This document shows, piece by piece, positions 9,220 to 20,082 of a DNA stretch of 64,000 nucleotides; the first letter of the stretch is position 1, and the number at the start of each line of letters is the position of its first letter. Below the pieces are notes generated by a model. That model ran no database searches. It worked only from the letters and a program-made list of their open reading frames with translations, and was not told the DNA's origin. The translations under genes were made by a program, and so were the position numbers. Source of the DNA: Diplonema japonicum (lineage: Eukaryota; Protista; Euglenozoa: Diplonemea). The stretch covers positions 372,001-436,000 of the forward strand of contig OZ025726.1 of the NCBI GenBank assembly GCA_964019335.1, in the 5' to 3' direction.

Positions 9220-10710
9220 TCACCAAGCTTGGCACCGCTTAGCACCCTGCATGTGTTTCCATGTGGCGTCTATAAATTGATCCAAAAGTTCGTTGGGCAG
9301 CGTTACATTCTGATCCTTCCATTTCAAGCGCTTCCCGGGCGGGTCCGGGACGTGACCGCTGGTTGCCGTGTAATAATTAATGTGCTGTGCCCATGTCCCG
9401 AAGGCTGTGTTTAAGTTGACAGGGTCAGTGGGCCCGTTGAGGCCTTGGTTGTACTTGTCACCACCGGCGCCCTTGGTAGGGATGATGGCGAGTGCGACGG
9501 TCCCTTTTCGCATGAAGGGGAGCCACGACAGGCCTGACCCGAACACTGACACCATTACGTCGGAGGAGGTGAACAGCTCAAGCTGTTCCTGCAAAGCAAG
9601 ATCTTCAGGGTGCACAACACCCACCTCCCATCCTGTGGCTTTCATTCTCGTTACAACCTCGTTTTCATTTAAAATCAGTCTCCCTTCCTTCCTCTGGATG
9701 ATGCTGGTCCTCACGGCCTTTGACGCGCAGCCCCTGTTCAGTGCTTCTGCTAGATCCCACTCCAAGCACCCCCCTACCTTCGTCATCCAGTTCCTTACGA
9801 GGTTTTTATCGAAATGCGACCCGTAACTATTATTCACCGTCGCAGCAGGCAGTCCTTCCCCCCACAAAGGCGACCCTAGGTACCCTGTCTTGTAGCAGCG
9901 GCGGGTCTTTACTTCGGGAAGGCCAAGAACGTTCTTGCCCAGGCACGTCAAGAGACCAGCCATTTGATAACGCGGTCCGCCTACAGCCTCCGGGTTGAGA
10001 GTGGGAACGAAGGCTGGCATGAACCGGTAGCGGCCTTGGTACCATTGGATGAAAACATCAGCTTCTTGCAGGTTGAAGCGGCTTGTGGCGTCATAGGCGA
10101 TGATGGTGCTGAGCCACAAGTGCCATGGTGTGAGCCAGAAAGGTGTTGCGGGGTATAGATACACAGGCGTGTCCTTGAACTCGGACAGGTATGGGGGGCT
10201 CGTGTCCCTGAATGACTTGAAAGGTGGGTCCTTGCCTGACATCTCTTGACAGTAAGGGAAGTCCGTGGGTTTGGCTGCTGTGGTTGTTGGTGCAGGGCGA
10301 ACAGGCTTTGCTTCGGTTGGCTGTCCAGCGTTTACAATCATTGTGACGACTACAGCGAGCAGCGTGGTGGCGATGACCCTGCTCTGCGTCGTGGTTGTGA
10401 GCGGGATGGCCAAGAACCCCATCCCAATCAGGACCATGTGTTCAAACGGCAATTTCGTACTGATCCCTGCCACGTTCATGTTTTTGACCAGGGACGAAGA
10501 GGGGGCGAAGTAATGGATGCCTCTGTCTGAAACGCAAAAATTTTCTATCCGGACGCTGCACACTCTCCCGCCTGCTTGTTCCTTCTTCGTCGCTGGTTCC
10601 ACCACGGTGACCACGGGGGGATTCCCTCCAAACTTTGTGTACATGCCCACACCTTGCAAGCAAATCACTGATAAAAACAGCACAGCAGGCAGCACATCTC
10701 GCAGAATCAT
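9220..10710 (-). CDS. Glycosyltransferase family 61 (DUF563) protein, signal-anchored
   Basis: IIQRK..RLILNENEVV...PEDLALQEQLELFTSSDVMVSVFGSGLSWLPFM; N-terminal anchor MILRDVLPAVLFLSVICL. Confidence 0.8.
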   Translation of the reverse strand: MILRDVLPAVLFLSVICLQGVGMYTKFGGNPPVVTVVEPATKKEQAGGRVCSVRIENFCVSDRGIHYFAPSSSLVKNMNVAGISTKLPFEHMVLIGMGFLAIPLTTTTQSRVIATTLLAVVVTMIVNAGQPTEAKPVRPAPTTTAAKPTDFPYCQEMSGKDPPFKSFRDTSPPYLSEFKDTPVYLYPATPFWLTPWHLWLSTIIAYDATSRFNLQEADVFIQWYQGRYRFMPAFVPTLNPEAVGGPRYQMAGLLTCLGKNVLGLPEVKTRRCYKTGYLGSPLWGEGLPAATVNNSYGSHFDKNLVRNWMTKVGGCLEWDLAEALNRGCASKAVRTSIIQRKEGRLILNENEVVTRMKATGWEVGVVHPEDLALQEQLELFTSSDVMVSVFGSGLSWLPFMRKGTVALAIIPTKGAGGDKYNQGLNGPTDPVNLNTAFGTWAQHINYYTATSGHVPDPPGKRLKWKDQNVTLPNELLDQFIDATWKHMQGAKRCQAW

Positions 10711-10829
10711 TGTAACCCCTCCTGGGAAAATAAAATAAAAATGCAGGAGAGGGGAAAAAAAATTTAAAAAAAAAAAAAAAAAAAAACTAACATGTTGACC
10801 GGCACAAGCACAGTCGGGGCGATGATATT

Positions 10830-11432
10830 TCACAGCACAAGCATTACTGACTCGATCGTGGACTTAAGGAGGGAGATCGTGTTGCGAGGGATGTAGCCCT
10901 GACAAGTAAAGGCCAGCATGTGGTGCTGCATTTGGTCAGCTGACATTTCGTTCCTCTCCTTGCTATCGTTGACAACATCACGCAACACAGTAGTCTTTGC
11001 TGTGAGGTCGTAGGTGTAGGTGTCTGCAAAGTTTTCAAGGGTATCGATGAGCTCTGAGGTAGACGCAACAACAGAAGGCACAGGGTACCTAGGGGGTGTT
11101 ATGCCCTGTAGTTTTCTGATCTCTTCTGACTCCTTTCTTACACTCAGCACCAACTGCTCCATGAGCCGGATCGCATCCCATGCACATTCTTCCTCATCCT
11201 CGATTAGGTTCATCAGTTTCTTTGCGAACGCCTGTCGCACAGCCACTCCCTCGTTCTCCAGTTCTTCCAAGCCCTTGAAGTCGCCCCTCACGTACACAGC
11301 ACGCCCCTTCAGCTCGCAAATACTGCGCAGACGCTCTGCAGCAGCGCTTTGCTGCTTGTCATATTCCTCTTCCAAGTCGGTTACTCTGCCTACAAGACTC
11401 TTTAAGAACTCCTTCGTGAGGCCATCTTCCAT
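10830..11432 (-). CDS. Coiled-coil protein, possibly CINP-like
   Basis: C-terminal 'YTYDLTAKTTVLRDV...MLAFTCQGYI' resembles the CINP motif Y.KEL..K..V...W.HQPY. Weak similarity. Confidence 0.45.
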   Translation of the reverse strand: MEDGLTKEFLKSLVGRVTDLEEEYDKQQSAAAERLRSICELKGRAVYVRGDFKGLEELENEGVAVRQAFAKKLMNLIEDEEECAWDAIRLMEQLVLSVRKESEEIRKLQGITPPRYPVPSVVASTSELIDTLENFADTYTYDLTAKTTVLRDVVNDSKERNEMSADQMQHHMLAFTCQGYIPRNTISLLKSTIESVMLVL

Positions 11433-11523
11433 AGTCTGCAAGTGGTTCCCTTTTGTTTTCTTCTTTTTTTTTTCTTTTTCTTGTGTCCGGATGGGCTCTC
11501 TATAGAAATATTTCTTTTTTGTT

Positions 11524-12153
11524 TCAAATCAGATTTTTTTGTAGATTTTCAAACAGTTTTTCGACGTACCAGCTGTCGCGAGGGACATGCAGCTCAGACC
11601 CTTCTGTGAGGGATCGGTGGAGATCGGGGATAGGCAGCAGCGAGAGAGAATGAACCTCGGCCGGGTCGGGTGTGAGGTCAGAGATGCTGATGCTGGGCAA
11701 CGGTAAAATGTAAACATGCTGTACTTCGCTGTCGAGCTTTGAACGGGACTGGCCAGCGTGGACGAAGATTGGAAGCATGGAGCTGAAGGGGTAACCCACC
11801 CCTAGCTCTTCTTGCAGTTCCTTCTCGGCAGTGTGCTCTACACTGTCCAACCCCTCGACATGCCCAGCACAGGACACATCACACAGTCCTGGGTGTGTGT
11901 CTTTGAACAAACTCCGTTTCTGGAGCAGCACCTCACCTTTTTGTGTATCTACCATCCATATGTGGACACTGCAATGCCAGTCACCTTCCTTATGAACCTT
12001 TCCTCTTTCTTTTAACCCTATGGGGTTTCCTTTCTTGAGAACTTCGCGCCTTCCTCCGATTTCAGGGGGACTGTACACCATAAACAGTTCCTTTTCATCT
12101 TGCCCTCTGAGGACTTCAGCAGCCCTGCGCAAAAGGCGTGTCGCCCTCAGCAT
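11524..12153 (-). CDS. Nudix hydrolase (IDI/NUDT3-like) with mitochondrial-type presequence
   Basis: GDWHCSVHIW...LLQKRS..KDTHPGLCDVSCAGHV......TAEKELQEELG; starts MLRATRLLRR. Confidence 0.85.
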   Translation of the reverse strand: MLRATRLLRRAAEVLRGQDEKELFMVYSPPEIGGRREVLKKGNPIGLKERGKVHKEGDWHCSVHIWMVDTQKGEVLLQKRSLFKDTHPGLCDVSCAGHVEGLDSVEHTAEKELQEELGVGYPFSSMLPIFVHAGQSRSKLDSEVQHVYILPLPSISISDLTPDPAEVHSLSLLPIPDLHRSLTEGSELHVPRDSWYVEKLFENLQKNLI

Positions 12154-12749
12154 GGCAATGGGAACAGCACCGGAGATCCTTCGAGATAACAATAAAAAAA
12201 TTGAACAGGGTAAAATAAAAATAATATGGGACAGAAAAGAATTGAAGGAGAGAGAGAGAGAGGGGGGGGGGGGGGGGGGGATGAGCATCCAGATATTTTA
12301 TCTAAGCGAGGTTCCCCCCCCCCCCCCCACTCCTCTTTTTGTAAATAAAAAAGGGGGGTGATAAAATAAAGGGGGATAAGAATGCGAGGCGTAAAAAAAA
12401 AAAAATAAAAAAAGGGGACAAAACAGTTATCAACACTATCGGGATGCGTAAAAGAGAGAATTAACGTTGGGGGGTGAAGAGATACCTCGAAAAAAATTCA
12501 TAAAAAAAAAAAAAAAAAAAACATAACATAATCTATATTTACCCCACGTGTTGTACACCAGAAAGAAAAGAGAGAAAAAAAGAGGGAAACAAAATTATTT
12601 TTTTTGATCACACCATATGTCTGAATGGGCCTATACAGGGCGAGCTACGGCAGTAGGGATAAAAAAAAAACCACCCCCCAGAAAAAAAAATCTAAAAATC
12701 AAAAAATTTATTTTACTTTGCAGCTTTTTTCTTACTTTTTTCCGGAAGG

Positions 12750-14008
12750 TTGTCAGCTGAGTATCGCAGGGAGGTTGCCTGTAAATTATTTAAATTTATT
12801 CCCCCTCCCCCAAACCTGTGAGGAAATCGCCACTCTATGCGTGGTAGAAGGAGCTTTTCGCATGCATTGCATCATCATTTGCTTCTTCTGTTTGGAAGAA
12901 GCAGAGCCACCGCTATTCCTACCCGCCGTAACAGGGCTGATGGACGACACCCGATTCTGTTTTTTTTTTTTTTTCCCCAAATATCCACACACACCTCCAT
13001 AATGGGTGAGATGGAAACCTTTCTAGATGCCTTCTCAAGCGGCCCACGACTGGCCTTCGATTTCTTTCCCAGCACAACAGAAGAAGGTGCCGTGTTGGAC
13101 CTAATAACGGTATTGCTAACAGGCACCTCTTCCTGCGCTGGTACGGGTTGGGAAACCATCAAGGCGATTTTCTTCTTGCACTCTATGATGGCCTCCTCCT
13201 GCTGCTGTAGAATCACGTCGTCGACACGCTTCTGTGTCATCAGCTTGAAGTTCTGTGTCTCGAGGCCGGAGATCCGCAGCTCGATTTCAGCTGTCTTTGC
13301 TGCGTCCTCGTGTGCGTTGTTCTGCCTCAGCATCCCGATCACGTTTCGTTCCTTAACTAGGTCTTGCTGCAGCTTTTCCACAACCGCCTGCGGGTCGTCA
13401 CCCTCCACATTCCCCCTTGGTGGTGATGCAATCATATTAATACTCGGGTGGCTGGGAGCGTCAATGAGCAGCATGTAAGCAGCATGAAGAGCATGTACAG
13501 ATGTGCCGTGTGCCCATTTGAGTGCTTCTCGTTCCGCTTGTTCTTCCGTCTGGATTTGCATTTGCGACTTGGTGTGTTCTCGTACCTGCCTCTCGTCCAA
13601 GGCCTTCTGGAACTCCGTGCATCTTTGTTCTGCGATTTCCAACCTTCTCGACAACAGCTCGTTTGTGAACTCTAGGTCATTCACTTCTGCTCGCTTCATC
13701 CTTAGCTCGGCCAGCCCGTCGCCTGAGATGGGTACCTTCTTCCTCGGTGCCAGCCCCGCTACTCTTTCTGCGTACGAGTCATAAAACTTAACCCCGATCA
13801 CTCCCTTGTACTTTTTCTTTAGCTCGTCCTTCTGCCTTCTTTGGCTGCTGCCCCCCCTTCCTGGTGTCGTTCTGTGTTCAGGCGTCACCAGCCCCCTTGT
13901 CACCTCCGGTGCGCTCATCGATGCCTTCCTCAGGCTGTTCGGTGACATGACCCTGCGCGACCCCCCCGGCGAGGCCGCACCAAACTTTCTGTGCTGAGGG
14001 GTCTCCAT
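12750..14008 (-). CDS. Hypothetical coiled-coil protein (introns 12957-12994, 12779-12814; 3' end uncertain)
   Basis: Long ORF with heptad-rich segments; two short GT-AG introns keep the frame open. Confidence 0.6.
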
Positions 14009-14301
14009 GTGCCCTGTGAAGGTTAGCAGGTCATCGTGGTGTGCGACAAGACAGGGCGCTGCAAGTTGTTGGCATGCGCTCAGCCTGGAAAAAGAAACAA
14101 AAAAGTGGGGGGGGGAGGAGGAACAATGCCAGACTTTGCAGATGCACGGTGGGGGGACTGCACCTGCAACCAAGGACTGTACTTTAATTCTTCGGCGTTC
14201 AAACCGGGGGTTGTTAAAGTTTAAAAAAAGAAAAAAAAAAAGAACAAGATAAAAGTAATGGAACACATCCCCCCCTCCCTCCCTTTCTTTAAAACCCACC
14301 T

Positions 14302-15516
14302 TTACAATTTAGGATTGCCATTTTGGTATGCCTGCAGCCTGGCGAGGGCTTCCTGAAGGCGTGCCGTTGAGCAGCACAGCGAGATGCGGATGTACCCCTC
14401 ACCGTTGGACCCGAAGATGGAGCCCGGCGTGATGAAGACAGAGGCCTTGTAAAGAATGTCGTCAATCTTGCTTTCAACGTTGGTCCAGGTGGGGGGGACG
14501 CGTGCCCACACAAAGAGGCCGACCTGGTTTCGGGAGTACGTGCAAGAGAGGGTGTCGAGAAGGTCATAAACGACAGTACGCCTTGCGGCGTACTCCGCAG
14601 TAAGGTTCTCGTGAAAGTTGTCAGGGAGCGAAGTCAAAGCCACAGCAGCGGCAGCTTGCAGTCCTTTAAACATCCCGGAGTCGAAGTTGGACTTCACCTG
14701 CAGAATCGATGTTATGAAGGATTCCTTTCCGACAGCCACCCCGACCCTCCACCCTGGCATGTTGTGCGACTTGCTGAGCGAGTTCAACTCAACACAAGTG
14801 TCCTTGGAACCTCGAAGCTTCAATATCGACACAGGTTCGCCCTTCGGTAGAACCAGCGAGTACGGGTTGTCGTTAACGAGCAGGATCCGTTCCTTTTGGC
14901 AGTACTGTATCAAACTGCAAAGGGTGTCTATGTCAGCTTCCGTGCCCGTCGGCATGTGAGGGTAGTTCACCCATAGGATCTTGACACGCTTCCCTGGGTG
15001 GTCCCGTGCGTAGGATGTGGTGAGGTTCTTGATTTCGTGCAGCGATGGTTGCCATTGTGTGGCTTCTGTGAGGTTGTAAGGCAGTGCCGTGACATTGAGG
15101 AGGCCTGCGATGGACCTGTAGGCAGCGTATCCTGGGTTCGGTGCAAGAATAGCGTCTTGAGGATTTGCGAAGGCGAGGGTGATGTGTAATATTCCCTCTT
15201 TGCTCCCCATCAACGGCAGGACCTCCTTGTCCTTGTCCAATTCTACTTTGTAAATCTTCTTGTAAAACTGCGAAAACCCGTCGCGCAGCTCTGGTATCCC
15301 GTTGTATGCCTGGTACCCGTGGTTTGCCGCACCCTTTGCCGTGTCCACCAGTGCCCCCACCACATCCTTATGGGGGGCGAGGTCCGGCGACCCTATGCCC
15401 AGGTTGATGATATCCCTCCCCTGCGCCCGTAGCGATGCCACTTCCTTCAATTTTCGTGAAAAATAATACTCCTTCACATCGGACAGCCGGTCACTTGGGG
15501 TGATCTGCGGCATCAT
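14302..15516 (-). CDS. PLP-dependent class I/II aminotransferase, bacterial type, C-terminal PKL
   Basis: IINLGIGSPD, GSKEGI, PNPGY, NYPHMPTG, NDNPY, NSLSKSHNMPGWRVG (PLP lysine), GEGYIRISL. Intronless. Confidence 0.92.
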   Translation of the reverse strand: MMPQITPSDRLSDVKEYYFSRKLKEVASLRAQGRDIINLGIGSPDLAPHKDVVGALVDTAKGAANHGYQAYNGIPELRDGFSQFYKKIYKVELDKDKEVLPLMGSKEGILHITLAFANPQDAILAPNPGYAAYRSIAGLLNVTALPYNLTEATQWQPSLHEIKNLTTSYARDHPGKRVKILWVNYPHMPTGTEADIDTLCSLIQYCQKERILLVNDNPYSLVLPKGEPVSILKLRGSKDTCVELNSLSKSHNMPGWRVGVAVGKESFITSILQVKSNFDSGMFKGLQAAAAVALTSLPDNFHENLTAEYAARRTVVYDLLDTLSCTYSRNQVGLFVWARVPPTWTNVESKIDDILYKASVFITPGSIFGSNGEGYIRISLCCSTARLQEALARLQAYQNGNPKL

Positions 15517-15688
15517 TTTTTTTCTTTTTTTTTCCCCCCACTCTTCTTTCTATTTTCCCTCAAATGTAGTCCGCTTGGGAGAAAACTCCCAAAAACTAAA
15601 AAAAAAAATCTCAAAATACACGACACTTTTTTTTTTTTTTTTTTAGTAGTTAGAAGTAGGGTAGGGTAGGGTAGGGGGAAACGTGTAA

Positions 15689-16360
15689 TCACAGCCTGCG
15701 CAATTGTTCTACGATGTATCTGTCATAACCAGCGTTGGCTGCCTTGCGTGCGTTGGGGGAGATCCACCGGTGTTCAGAGGATGTAGAGTCAAGCTTCACA
15801 GATGCGTCGGTGGGCAGAGTACAGAGCACGACAGCATTGATGGTCTGGGTTCCTTTTGTCGTGGGATTGTCCCATGAAGAGGTAGGGAAGAGCGTGTTGT
15901 AGATCCCCAAGAGGCGAACGGGGGTACAGGTTAAGTTTGTTTCCTGCTTTGCCTTGCGTAGAGCAGCTGTGAAGAAAGTCTCCCCTTTGAACATTCGACC
16001 CCCTGGCCACCACCAGTACCCCTTGACAGGCTCCATCCCACGGTGCACGGTTAGGACTTCACCTTGTTTGTTCTGGATCACCACATCCACACACACTACA
16101 GGGAGCCTGCGGACCACTTCCCCATACAGCTCGACGGGGAGGTGTCTAGCTTCCTCGCGGACCCCACATAGTTCTTCTTCTTTTGCGTAGAGCATGCTCA
16201 TGTCTTCTCTAATCACTCTGTTAGGATCCTCTTCTTCTACAGGGGTTTTGGTTTTTTTGTTGTTTTCTATGTTGTCACATGTTTGTGTGTACCTATACAC
16301 CACGATGCCACCCACGGCACCCACCGCTAAGATGCTGAGATCCCTGTATACGCTGCTCAT
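15689..16360 (-). CDS. Nudix hydrolase, GDP-mannose mannosyl hydrolase-like, N-terminal membrane anchor
   Basis: LPVVCVDVVI...R..EPVKGYWWWPGGRMFKGETF..AALRKAKQET. Confidence 0.82.
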   Translation of the reverse strand: MSSVYRDLSILAVGAVGGIVVYRYTQTCDNIENNKKTKTPVEEEDPNRVIREDMSMLYAKEEELCGVREEARHLPVELYGEVVRRLPVVCVDVVIQNKQGEVLTVHRGMEPVKGYWWWPGGRMFKGETFFTAALRKAKQETNLTCTPVRLLGIYNTLFPTSSWDNPTTKGTQTINAVVLCTLPTDASVKLDSTSSEHRWISPNARKAANAGYDRYIVEQLRRL

Positions 16361-16689
16361 GTGTGGAGGTTGTGTTCTTATTTTTTTCTCTCCTTTGGTG
16401 GTGGTGGGGATTTTTTTTTTTTGGCGAAAAGGTAAGAAAATGGGATTTTTTTTGTTCCCTTCGTGTGTACGCGGCGAAATTTATATATTTCTTTCTTTTT
16501 TTTTATTTTTTTTTGTTTTTTCCCTTTTTTTTTTTCCTTCTTCCGATGGGGGGGGTAATTCTAACGCACACGCCCCACTGAAAAAAAAAAGCGGGAAAAA
16601 AAAATTTTTTTTTTCCAAAGAAGAAATGAAAAAACAAAACCAAGAAAAAAAATAAGAGTAATTTTCCTTTTTTTTTTCCGCCTCCCCCT

Positions 16690-19013
16690 TCAAAAAGGCA
16701 AGGGCAACCCGTCGGTGCCATATGACTGAAAGGTGTGGGAGGGGGTGTGGTGCGCGTGCTGCTTTCGGTTGCTGTTTTGGTTCACCCACTCTTCACCAAA
16801 TATCTGATTCAGCGGCTCGGGTACCTGTATTTTTTATTTACTCCCCCCCCCCCCCCACACAAACACACCTCATCCGTCTTTGATCGATAAGACTCCAAAT
16901 TGTGGAGCTGCTCGTTTTCAATACGCAAAACATTCCACACACAACGTCGCATGATCTCGACAATCCCTAAGAAGAGTGACAACATACGGGGGTCGGGCAG
17001 CCACCTGTTTTTTTGTTGGGGTAAAAAAAAAAAATTGTTAAAATATCAGCCGCATACGGTGAGATGCCCTCGTCTATCGTTGTGAAGAACAGCATTCTAC
17101 AGAACAGGTCAAGAGGGATGCATGTGGAGTGCACCACCCACGAGAGATGTCGCCTTCGTGTTTTGAAGGTAGTTATCGACGACACCAAAGGGCTGCAAGG
17201 GGTAGGCGAGTCTCCCTTCGACCCTTTCCGCGACAATTTCCCCGACCAAAACGTAGTGGTGTCGTACAACTTCCACCCCCAATCCATGAGATAGTCCCAC
17301 ATCCATGAGTAGAACTGGCCGACAAACGTGACCAACACCCATATGTGCCACATGAACTGTTTTTTTTTTTATTTATTTTTTTTTATTTTTTTTTTTTTGA
17401 ACGTACCTCGTATTGTGTGTGTTGTGCCACAAACCCCACCACCAACACCAAGATGCAAATCATGTATTTCCCACAGTTTAAAACGTGCACTCTGTTCTTC
17501 GTCACCTTTAACATGACCACGCATTGGCATGCTCTCCACACGTACGGCCAGCATATGATAAAAGGCTTGAGACTGTTGTTTATCTCCAAACACATGGAAG
17601 CATGGTGTAACGCGTGGGCTGGTGCTGCACGCCATGCTCCGGTGTAGGTGAAGCAGCTGAAGTAGACCAAGTCGCCGAGGAGGATGGAAGCCGACGTTAA
17701 CTGATCAGCGAAAAAGAAATCTCTGAACTGCACAGTAACAAGAGACTCGGGGTTGAAAAGAAGTTTGAAAGGAAGCTCCAACGGAAGACGCGCACACCTC
17801 CCAACAGATCGAAGCAGCGCCCTCCGCGTGTTCCATTGCAAAACAGGAAGCGGTAAGACCAGCACCAACAAACAACCATACACAAAAAACACCGAAAAAT
17901 GAATATGAACCACCCCATACAGCAGGAAGTGAACGGCAAGGTTCGCACAGTTTAAAATGGTGAAGATCGCCGCATAATTAATCATCGTCGGCCATTGCAG
18001 TTGAGTCTCTGGGTTGAGCCCCAAAATATACGTATGATTCAGGTAGTAATTGTTGAAAAGAAAAAGATCGACTCCCCAAGCCCACATGGCAAGGTTACTG
18101 AGCGCCAGCATCCTGTAAAGGGGAAGAACCACCCAAAAGGATGACAAATCCACCGCACCCTCATTGGAGTAATAGAGGTACACTACAAGTATGACAAGGG
18201 GCAGCATGAACCCAAGGAGAAGTCCCATCACGAACAGATCCAGCTGTGGTTTGGTATCGAACTTAGAGCTTTGCAATTGTTGTCTTGCGTCGTTGATGTC
18301 CTGGCAGGTGTGGAATTCGGCATAGGTGCATTCGATGGTTTCGAGAAGGATATTTGAGTAGCCTCCGCATTGCGGGTCTTGGGCTTTGGTGTTGTACCTT
18401 GTTAGGTATTCGCTTGTGTCGATTTGCAGGACGTTTTCTCCGATTCTTTTCAGTTCCTTGTTGAATTTTTTGATGATTTTTCTGATGGCGATTCTGTGAG
18501 TTGCGGAGAAGTGTTTGAGTGCGGAGATTTCTTGGTACAGTGTCTCGCACATCCGTTTGTTCTGCCAATATTTCGAGCTGTTCTTCGCGATTTGTTGTTT
18601 TTGAGAGTGAGTGAGGGTTTGGTTAGCGTGGGAAGACCCTCCTTCAGAGGTTCTGTCCAAGCCGGACCAGAAATCTTCGGTTTGACAGTCCAGAGATTCT
18701 TTGAAGTGATCCAGTAATTTGCTGTGAAAACACCCTGCTTTGTCTACCTCATGTAGCAACGCACGTTTGAAGAGATCGCTTACTTCCTCCGCTGTGACGG
18801 GCTCGTACCCCTTATAGATCTTAAGGTCTTCCTCATTGTAACACACAAAAGGGGTTTCCTCGTCGGAATCAGCATCGCCTCGATCTTCTTCGGGAGAAGA
18901 AGTTACCTCGCGCAGGCGGGCTATAATGGTTTTCAAGTTTCCGTAATTTAAGAACCTGCTTGCCCATTCGGGCTTCATGGTTTTGAGGTGCTCTATATAG
19001 TGACCGAAAGCTA

Positions 19014-19017
<4 letters not shown>
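16690..19017 (-). CDS. XPR1: SPX-EXS phosphate exporter (XPR1/SYG1/PHO1 family; introns 17357-17406, 17005-17057, 16825-16868; 726 aa)
   Basis: MVAFG...EW...LNY..LK SPX start; FRDFFFADQLTS; WDYLMDWG; EIMRRCVWNVLRIENEQLHN. Confidence 0.92.
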
Positions 19018-19047
<30 letters not shown>

Positions 19048-19061
19048 CGTTTTGCCAACAT

Positions 19062-19095
<34 letters not shown>

Positions 19096-19564
19096 CCCTC
19101 GAAAACCTGGGATTGGGATGAAAAAAAATGGTTTGAAAGATGGAAAAAAAAAAGAAAAAAAAAAGACTGCGTACTAAAAAAAAAAAAAAAAAAAACCAAG
19201 TAGTAAGCTGAGAAAGAAAGAAAAAAGAAGAAAAAAAAATTGGCAGCATGATATGGGGGCTTAGTTTCCCCCCCACCCCCCCTCCATTCTCTTTGTTTTC
19301 AACCCATAGTTTTACACGAATAGGGGTGGGTGTGTGCGGAGGGGAAATGAAGATTTCCTCCCTCTCTAAACGAAACATTTGCATTTTTCTGTTTGTCCCC
19401 CCCCCCCCCCCCGCTCTTTTCTTTAAATTGTACACAGCAAGCTTTTTATTCACCTCTTCCTCCGGGGGGGGACCAATAAAAACAATTTTTCTAACTGTAC
19501 CAGAAAAAAAATTTTTTTTAAAATCTAATAGTGAGAAAAAAAAAGAAGAAAAAAAAACTCATCA

Positions 19565-20049
19565 TCACTCCACCTCTTCCCCGTGGTCTTGTTGGTCAAG
19601 ATATTCACCAATCGTCACTATAGAGTTTTTATATAAAAAAAAAAAAAAACACACACACCTCCCTTCACCCAATCTCTCAGCCCGTCCATAGAAATGTTTC
19701 TCCGGTTTGTGAAGCCGGCTTGTTGGAGCTTTTGCCAGACACGCTCTACTATGTACTGGTCAGGCCCCGACCCGACGCCCTTAGCCTCAAACAATTCTTT
19801 GATGTCCCTGTCAGACACGGCCTCGCGGAGCTCCTTAGCATCTATCCAACCGTTGCCGTTCTTGTCAATGCGTGCGAGGATGTCATCTATCTCCTGTGAG
19901 GTGTACGACATGATGGAGCTTCTCCTGCTTCTGCTACTGTGCTGGCTTTGCGCGTCATCCTCGCAAGGCACGTAAGGTGTGTCGTAAGGACTGTCCGTGA
20001 TCTTGACAAAGGGCTTCATTGATACGGGTGTGATGTCTACTTCCTGTAA

Positions 20050-20082
<33 letters not shown>

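Noticed and set aside
10320-10475. Non-canonical intron within the GT61 gene (hydrophobic insert)
   Set aside because: The frame is open and no splice boundaries or terminal pairing were evident.
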